A DNA stretch of 63,864 nucleotides, the filler included, from Deltaproteobacteria bacterium (GTDB lineage Bacteria; Myxococcota; JACRCW01), in assembly GCA_016218805.1 (NCBI GenBank). It is 4 parts of 4 records of this genome, joined end to end, with 100 filler letters (N's around TTAATTAATTAA, not from the genome) between each part and the next. Parts side by side here need not be neighbours in the genome. Positions count along the whole stretch, not along the records: positions 29,908 to 61,235 come from JACRCW010000053.1; positions 61,336 to 63,864 come from JACRCW010000072.1; 2 more parts are not named here. The stretch is one strand, 5' to 3'. Made by a program: the position numbers and the translations under genes. This document shows, one piece after another, positions 57,561 through 63,864 of this stretch (the stretch's first letter is position 1; each line of letters begins with the position of its first letter). Under the pieces are notes generated by a model. That model had not been told where the DNA came from. It worked only from the letters and a program-made list of their open reading frames with translations, and searched no databases.

Positions 57561-59393
57561 TCACCGCGCCAGTTCCGCGGCCCGCGCGGTCGCCGCGGCG
57601 GCCTCGGCGGGGCGGCCCAGCGCCGCCCACACGTCCGCCAACAACTGCGCACAGCGCGCGTTGCGCGGCTCAAGCCGCGCGCACGTTTCCGCGGGGCCCA
57701 CAGCCTCCGCCGCGCGCCCCCGCACCAGCAGCGCCCGGCCAAGCCCCAACTGGAACAGCGCATCGGACGGACCCAGTTCACACGCCCGGTGGAAGTGCTG
57801 CAGCGCCTCGGCGCGCGTGGCCGGCGCCGCGTCGCCGGAGTCCTCCAGCGCACGCGCCAGGTAATGATGGGCAAATCCGTTGTGCGGCTCGCGCACCACG
57901 CACGGGCGCAGGGATGCCACCCGCTGCACCGCGGAACCCGAGCGGTCCGCGCGTTCCGCCGCCGTCGCCGCCAGCAGAACGTACTGGCATTCATGCGGAA
58001 CCAGGCGTGCGGCCGTGCCATAGAACCGCGCCGCCTCGGCCAGGCGGCCCGATGATTCGTGCACGGCGCCCACCGCGGCAAACCCCTCCGCCACCAACAT
58101 CCACGGCGTCAGCACTGCCAGCGCCGCGGGCAGGGCCGCCCACGCGCGTCCGGCGCCACCCGCGGGGACCGGGCCCGCGCCCTCCGCCGCGGCCATCATC
58201 CCCAGCAGCGTCCAGACCCACGCGGCAACACCCGGCTGATCAAAGTTGAACTGCCATTGCACCAGGTGCGCCGCGCCCGCCGCCGCCACCGCCACGCGCA
58301 GCGCGCGGCCCGGCATTCCCGCGGGCGTGCGCACCACCGCGCGGACCACCACGGCAACGGCCGCCACCACGCACATCAGCCCGGCCAGACCCACCAGCCC
58401 GCCGCTGAACACAAAATCCAGCAAGACGTTGTGAACCATCAGCTCGTATTTGTGCATGCCGGGTGCCTTGTGCGACGCGTAAACGTCACCAAATGACCCA
58501 AACCCCGCCCCCAGCCACGGATGCTCCGGGAATACCTCCAGCACCACGCGGTAGAAATCCAGCCGTTGTGCCGCCGTATCAAATCCCCCCGCCACGGCGA
58601 AATCAGCGCCCGTGTCCCGCAGGCGCTGCCCGAGCGTTTCGCGCTGGCGGGTGAGCAGGTGCCCCGCCAGCGCTCCCCGCACGCTGAGGCCCACTCCCAG
58701 TCCCACGCGCCGGCGGTCACAACTCCACCACAGCACCAACGCCACGCCCACGCCCCACGCCAGCAGCGGACCACGCCGCGCCGCCAGGACCAGCACCAGC
58801 CCGGAGGTGAACAACGCCATGGCCGCCAGGACGCGCCAGCGAACCTCGTCGTCCAACCACGCGCCCAACGCCACCAACGCCACCGGCACGGTCAGCATGG
58901 CCACAAACATGGGGTGCCCCATGCTCCCCGTGGCCACCTGCCCCACCTGGTTCTGCAGGACGCATAGACCGCCCTGCACCACGCCCACGCACAACAAGCC
59001 GCGCACCGCCCAGGGCAACAGGTCCGCGCGCGGGGGCGCCACCAGGAGTGCCAGCCACGCCCACAGCGCCAGGACCCCGGCGCGGCCTTCGTACCCGCCG
59101 GCCAGCGACCGCCCCGGGCTGTCCGACGCCACCACCACCGCGGCCAGCGCCACCGCGCATGCCGCGGCCCCACGCACAAGCGGCGCGCTGCGAGAAAGTC
59201 GCCCTTTCCACAGCGCCAGGGCCAGCCCGCCAAAAGCAATCAACTGAATCAATGCGTGCCGGGGCAGTTCCCGTTGCTGGCCGGCCCAGCCCAGTTGCAC
59301 AAACGGCAGCACACACAACGCCTGGAGCGTGAGGAGGTCCCACCACCCCGGTGCCGGGTGACGTGCGGCTGCGCCGGTTGGCCCGCCGCTCAC
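57561..59393 (-). CDS. O-antigen ligase (Wzy_C) family membrane protein with C-terminal TPRs; start uncertain
   Basis: GSMGHP, RL.FY....EHPWLGAGFGSF, VHN..LD and GLVGL; TPR-like C terminus. Confidence 0.8.
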   Translation of the reverse strand: MSGGPTGAAARHPAPGWWDLLTLQALCVLPFVQLGWAGQQRELPRHALIQLIAFGGLALALWKGRLSRSAPLVRGAAACAVALAAVVVASDSPGRSLAGGYEGRAGVLALWAWLALLVAPPRADLLPWAVRGLLCVGVVQGGLCVLQNQVGQVATGSMGHPMFVAMLTVPVALVALGAWLDDEVRWRVLAAMALFTSGLVLVLAARRGPLLAWGVGVALVLWWSCDRRRVGLGVGLSVRGALAGHLLTRQRETLGQRLRDTGADFAVAGGFDTAAQRLDFYRVVLEVFPEHPWLGAGFGSFGDVYASHKAPGMHKYELMVHNVLLDFVFSGGLVGLAGLMCVVAAVAVVVRAVVRTPAGMPGRALRVAVAAAGAAHLVQWQFNFDQPGVAAWVWTLLGMMAAAEGAGPVPAGGAGRAWAALPAALAVLTPWMLVAEGFAAVGAVHESSGRLAEAARFYGTAARLVPHECQYVLLAATAAERADRSGSAVQRVASLRPCVVREPHNGFAHHYLARALEDSGDAAPATRAEALQHFHRACELGPSDALFQLGLGRALLVRGRAAEAVGPAETCARLEPRNARCAQLLADVWAALGRPAEAAAATARAAELAR

Positions 59394-59675
59394 GCCAGGC
59401 CCCGCCCGCCTGGGCGCTGACGCGGGATGCCTGCGGTGTGGACGGGCGTCATGGGGGCCTGCGTGGGCGCGGTACCTGGAACGGCCGCCGCCACCGTGCA
59501 CGTATCCCGGCGCGGACCGCGCTGCCAAGGCGGCGGCCGCGGCGCTGTGCAAACGCCGCTCATTCGCAGCAACCACTCACGGTTCTTTGTGAGGCGGAAT
59601 CAACCCTGAGCCACCCGAACAGCTTGATTCGCGCCGCAGGGAAGGTGTGGACGTTCAGTTTCATTGGGCGCTTTT

Positions 59676-59770
59676 GGCTTGCCGCAGGCAAGCCATCTAC
59701 GCCGCCCCCTTTGGGGGGCGGCCCTCGACGACGGAGCGCCAGCGACGTCGGCGAGGGGGGTGGGGGGTGC
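59676..59770. repeat. ~95-bp triple-hairpin intergenic element, copy 2
   Basis: Near-identical to 51270-51365. Confidence 0.92.
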
Positions 59771-59877
59771 TTGAGTGGGCAGCCTGCTCGCGCACCGGAG
59801 GGGACACCTGTTGGCGCGCCCCCCACCGGGCGACTGGCGTCGCCGCGACGACGTGTAGTGAAAGCACGGTGGCACGC

Positions 59878-61008
59878 TCAGCCGTCCGGGCGGGCCGGGC
59901 CCTCCTGCTGCACGCTGCCCAGCCCGTCCACGTCTTTGCGGATGGTGCGCGGCTCGCCGCGGTAGCGGATCTTGCCCACGCCGGAAATGCTGGCATCCAG
60001 CAGGCTGCCCGGCTTGACCGTGGCGGAACCCGCGCCGCTCACCGCCACGTACGCGTCCTGCGTTTCCAGTTCACCCGCGTTCAGCGCGCCGGTGCCCGTC
60101 ACGCTCGCGTGCACCTCCTGCACGCGCCCGGTGATGTCAGCCACACCGGCACCGTGAATCTCCACCGTCAATGACCGCACCCGCGCGTCCACCTCGGTCT
60201 TGCCGGCGCCGCTGACCACCACGCGCAACGCATCGCCCGTGGCACCCTGGACCTGCAGGTGCCCCACGCCGGCCAATTCAACGGATTCCAGCGAGGGCGT
60301 GGTCACCTCTATCTCGGCATGCTGGCGGATGCGGAACCTCCACGACGAGTTCACCACCAGCGTGTCATCCGTGACCAGCGTGGAGACCCGGCCGAGGTAC
60401 TCGGCGGGCGCACGCACGCGCACCTCCGTGCGGTCCCCCTGGCGCACCACCACCTTGAACGCGCCGCCCTCCACCCGCACGCGGCGGAACCCGCCCGTGC
60501 TGCGCGTCTCGGTCTTCCAGGCTGACTCCGGGATCTCCTTGCCCACCCACGTGTCCACCACATTGCCAATGCCGCGGCCCAGCGCGGCGGTGCCGCCAAC
60601 CGCCAGCACAGTACCCAGCAGCGCCACCGCCAGCGTCGGGACCGCCGTCAGCGCGGCCAACGCAAACAACCCTTCAAATCGCGCGCCCATCACGTTAAAC
60701 CGCGGCGAATCCAAGCGCCCCGGGCCCGGCAGGATCACGGAGGCGCCCAAGCCGGAGAACTCGTGGCGGTTCCACAACGCGGCTGCGGCCACCGTGCCCA
60801 CCACGGGCAGAAGGCACGCCGCCGTGCCCAGTCCCAGCCCGCAGCCCAATTGCATCATGCCGCGGGCAATGAGCCCCGCGCCCTGCCCGCCGTCGTCACC
60901 ATCCACAAGCGCCTCCGCCTCCGCCGCGGGGGGCGCCTCCTGCGCGTGCACCGGCAATACTCCGGACGACAACACCACGACGGCGAGGAGGATGGAGACG
61001 GCGCGCAT
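59878..61008 (-). CDS. Membrane protein with head GIN (DUF2807) domain
   Basis: Repeated SGAG/GAG beta-helix motifs ending LDASISGVGKIRYRGEP...GLGSV. Confidence 0.8.
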   Translation of the reverse strand: MRAVSILLAVVVLSSGVLPVHAQEAPPAAEAEALVDGDDGGQGAGLIARGMMQLGCGLGLGTAACLLPVVGTVAAAALWNRHEFSGLGASVILPGPGRLDSPRFNVMGARFEGLFALAALTAVPTLAVALLGTVLAVGGTAALGRGIGNVVDTWVGKEIPESAWKTETRSTGGFRRVRVEGGAFKVVVRQGDRTEVRVRAPAEYLGRVSTLVTDDTLVVNSSWRFRIRQHAEIEVTTPSLESVELAGVGHLQVQGATGDALRVVVSGAGKTEVDARVRSLTVEIHGAGVADITGRVQEVHASVTGTGALNAGELETQDAYVAVSGAGSATVKPGSLLDASISGVGKIRYRGEPRTIRKDVDGLGSVQQEGPARPDG

Positions 61009-61235
61009 GCCCCGCAACCTGCAACCGAACAGTGCAGCACGCAAGCCTGCCCCCACCATCCGGCCGCGCAATGCCTGCGCCACGCGGAGAAATGCGCCTC
61101 TCCTGTCGATTGGGTGGTGCACGTCGTCAGCTCGTCGTGGCGGCAGCGAAGTGACGACCCGTCTAGTGGAGCATCCGGCGCTTGGCCGGTGCATGTCGCC
61201 GCTGGTGGGGTGAGCTTGAGAAGGGCATGGGATTG

Positions 61236-61335
61236 NNNNNNNNNNNNNNNNNNNNNNNNNNNNNNNNNNNNNNNNNNNNTTAATTAATTAANNNNNNNNN
61301 NNNNNNNNNNNNNNNNNNNNNNNNNNNNNNNNNNN
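61236..61335. other. Artificial contig linker
   Basis: N44-TTAATTAATTAA-N44. Confidence 0.98.
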
Positions 61336-61364
61336 CCCGCCATGGCGTGACGTCAGCGTTGCGC

Positions 61365-61660
61365 CTTCCCGCCCGGGGAATGGGCCGGTGCGAACCCCGG
61401 CTCGGGTTGGGCAAGGAGGGTGGCCGCCTCGGGCCCGTCGTCATGGGCGATACCAACTTGGTATCATACTTGAGCAGCACCCTCCCAAGCCCTCCGGCTG
61501 CGCTCGCCAAGCCGCCGCTTTCCGGCGCCCGCACAGCCGCGCTGAGGCGCAGGCTTCCGCCCGGGGAATGGGGTCGGTGCGAACCCCGGGTCGGGTTGGG
61601 CAAGGAGGGGTGGCCGCCTCGGGCACGTCGTCATGAGCGATACCAACTTGGTATCACACT
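61365..61660. repeat. Two ~105-bp direct repeats (about 61365-61470 and 61554-61660), each ending in palindrome GATACCAA-C-TTGGTATC
   Basis: Direct alignment; palindromes at 61449-61465 and 61639-61655. Confidence 0.92.
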
Positions 61661-61684
61661 CAAGAGTATACAGTGTTATTAGTC

Positions 61685-62620
61685 TTGGGATACCAACCCT
61701 TGGGGCGCCCCCCCTATCTTTCCGGCCTGCCGTGCGGACTGCCCCCCCTACCAAGCCCTGGGCTGGTGGCCGTGGGTCCCTTGGCCGCCTGGTGGACATC
61801 CCGCCTTTGACGCCCCGCCGGGTCGGCGGTGGCCGTAACGGGTCCCCGTCCGACGATATCCAGTGACCGGCGAGTTTCCTCGCCGTGACGCCGCGCCGGG
61901 GCGGACGCTGGGGTACGCCCCGGCCGCGCGTATCGTATTCGATACGCGACACCCCGCCGCCCGCATCACCGCCAGCTCATCGGTCCGCCGCGAGGACGTG
62001 CGCGGGCCGTTCTCCGTGCGCTGACAACCGCGAACGTGGCGGCCAGGCACGGCGGGGGGCCGCGGCGCATGGGTCGGGTTGGGCTTGGGATGGCGTGGTG
62101 CGCTGGGTAACGCGCCTGCGTTGCGGCAAATATCTCAAAAGTATACCACATCCCAACTCTTGGGATACCCGCCCCTGGGGCGCCCCCCCTCTCTTTCCGG
62201 CGGTGCCGTGCGGACGGCCCCCCCTACCAAGCCCTGGTCCAGTGGCCCCGGCGGGTCCCTTGGCCGCCTGGTGGACATCCCGCCTTTGACGCCCCGCCGG
62301 GTCGGCGGTGGCCGTAACGGCTCCCCGTCCGACGGTATCCAGTGACCGGCGAGTTTCCTCGCCGTGACGCCGCGCCGGGACGGACGCTGGGGTACGCCCC
62401 GGCCGCGCGTATCGTATTCGATACGCGACACCCCGCCGCGCCGCATCACCGCCAGCTCATCGGTCCGCCGCGAGGACGTGCGCGGGCCGTTCTCCGTGCG
62501 CTGACAACCGCGAACGTGGCGGCCCGGCACGGCGGGGGGGCCGCGGCACCTGGGTCGGGTTGGGCTTGGGATGGCGTGGTGCGCTGGGTAACGCGCTTGC
62601 GTTGCGGGCAGGTATCTCAA
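61685..62620. repeat. Two tandem ~455-460-bp non-coding structured repeats (61685-62138, 62160-62620) with terminal inverted motifs TTGGGATACC ... TATCTCAA
   Basis: High-identity alignment between the units; internal hairpins GGCGAG-TTTC-CTCGCC and CGCGTATCG-TATT-CGATACGCG. Confidence 0.92.
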
Positions 62621-62698
62621 GGGTAGTAACCACGAGTGAACTGTTGAGATACCAGCCCCACCCGGAGACCCGGGCGTTCCCGCGTGACAACCCGCGTT

Positions 62699-63250
62699 TC
62701 AGGCATCCCAGCTCGCGTCAAACCGCCAGGCGGACGGGTCGGCGTCCGTGGCCTTGACCCGCGCACCGCGCGCGCCGGTGACGTCCAGAATGCCGGCGAT
62801 GAAACCTGCAATATTCTCCCGGATGGGGCGCGGCAATTCCGGGTATTCGCGGATCACCACGGTGGCCAGGCGGTCACCCGGCCGGTGTTCGGTGCTGGCC
62901 ACGCCGTGCTTGTGGAAGGTGCCCCACAGCCGCGCCGTTTGTTTCACCGCAAACGGAATGGTCGTGAACAGCAGCAGCGCCCGGTACATGCCCGTCATGT
63001 CGTCGCGCGCATGGCGGCGGCCCATGTCATAGAGCGCATTCACGTGGCCGGACTCCAGCACCTGGCCCACGCCCATAAGCACGCGCCCGGCGACCGCCAC
63101 GTCCACCCAGGCCATGGGCAGGCTGCGTTCAAACAGCGTCCCGGCCTCCGGGTCCAGCCGGGTGAGCACGGCCTTGTACGTGTCCGCACCGCGTTCGCGC
63201 ACGCGTTGACGCCAGTAAACCAGCGTGGATGCCTTGTACCAGTCACTCAT
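62699..63250 (-). CDS. Myxobacterial hypothetical protein (TIGR02265/V4R-like family possible)
   Basis: ATGA overlap with the upstream gene; pattern LPMAWV...MGR..A...RLW..F...AGFIAG.L...G. Confidence 0.65.
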   Translation of the reverse strand: MSDWYKASTLVYWRQRVRERGADTYKAVLTRLDPEAGTLFERSLPMAWVDVAVAGRVLMGVGQVLESGHVNALYDMGRRHARDDMTGMYRALLLFTTIPFAVKQTARLWGTFHKHGVASTEHRPGDRLATVVIREYPELPRPIRENIAGFIAGILDVTGARGARVKATDADPSAWRFDASWDA

Positions 63251-63864
63251 TGCTTCGGCCGCGGCACCACGCCCGTGCGCGGGGGCTGGGGAGCGCCCAC
63301 GCGGGGCACCGCCGGCGTGCCCACGTGCACCACCGGGATGTTCATGGCCGGCAGGGACAGCGGAGCCACCGCCGGCAGGGGCAGGGCGCTGCCGTTCGCC
63401 GGGGATAACGTGGGCCACGCGGTGCGCGGCGCCGCTCCCGGGAACAGCGCGGTGACACCATCAATGTCCGCGCCCAGCGATCCAGCGCGCGGGTCGCCCT
63501 GCTCCGGGTCGTCAATGAGCTGCACGGCGTTGAAACGGAGACTTCCCTTCTGAAAGCCTGGGAAAACCGCGTCAATGTCCAGGCCGGTGGTGCCGCCGCC
63601 GGTCCGGCCTATTTCGCAGAAACCGTCACCGGCCGGCTTGCGCTCATCACGGCAGCGGAAGCCGATGGCGGACGCGGTCTGCGCGTCCGCCGGCTGCAGC
63701 GCCACGTACACGCCTTCCACGTCGGGGCCCGTCTCGTGGATCAGCAGGTCCGGCTGGCTGGTGCCGCTGTTGGTGACCGCGTGCTCCACAAACGCCAGTT
63801 CCAGCAAGCCACCACGTCCCAGGCTCACGTCACGGAAACGCCCGCCGGGCCGCCCCACCGCCAA
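63247..63864 (-). CDS. Hypothetical protein, 5' part outside the window
   Basis: Open frame to the window end; GADIDGV motif; Pro-rich C terminus. Confidence 0.6.
   Translation of the reverse strand: MAVGRPGGRFRDVSLGRGGLLELAFVEHAVTNSGTSQPDLLIHETGPDVEGVYVALQPADAQTASAIGFRCRDERKPAGDGFCEIGRTGGGTTGLDIDAVFPGFQKGSLRFNAVQLIDDPEQGDPRAGSLGADIDGVTALFPGAAPRTAWPTLSPANGSALPLPAVAPLSLPAMNIPVVHVGTPAVPRVGAPQPPRTGVVPRPKQ

Noticed and set aside
61347..62690. Short ORFs within the terminal repeat region
   Set aside because: Frames are not conserved between repeat copies and the translations are Arg/Pro/Gly-rich noise.

Overview
GC-rich bacterial sequence, most likely a Myxococcota/deltaproteobacterial assembly; this is inferred from PEGA-domain proteins, a Ser/Thr kinase, FHA proteins and Cys-rich secreted proteins. 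The window holds four separate contigs joined by artificial N44-TTAATTAATTAA-N44 linkers (24881-24980, 29808-29907, 61236-61335), so adjacency across the linkers is meaningless. Contig 1 carries a degenerate FHA-AAA+ regulator, a polysaccharide deacetylase, an ECF sigma/zinc anti-sigma pair, asnS, a foreign-looking ABC-ATPase + TOPRIM pair, a Uma2 nuclease, a Ser/Thr kinase, a type III PKS + methyltransferase, epimerase/acyltransferase, a double-FHA protein and a TPR lipoprotein. Contig 2 carries an HTH-ImmA/IrrE + PIN module. Contig 3 carries an unusual RRM-transmembrane-TolB-like-TPR fusion, a SNF2 helicase, a flotillin operon with a mini K+-channel, a Ku-less repair cluster (non-canonical PolX-PHP, LigC-type ligase, Prim-Pol, unknown protein), a C25 protease, a di-heme cytochrome, a histidine kinase, VOC proteins and an O-antigen ligase-TPR protein. 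Contig 4 begins with about 1.3 kb of non-coding structured repeats built around GATAC/GTATC inverted motifs with short variable spacers. Several intergenic repeat families are present: 21-bp arrays, GTAG REPs and a 95-bp triple hairpin. No rRNA, tRNA or CRISPR array was recognised. All product calls come from visual motif recognition only.
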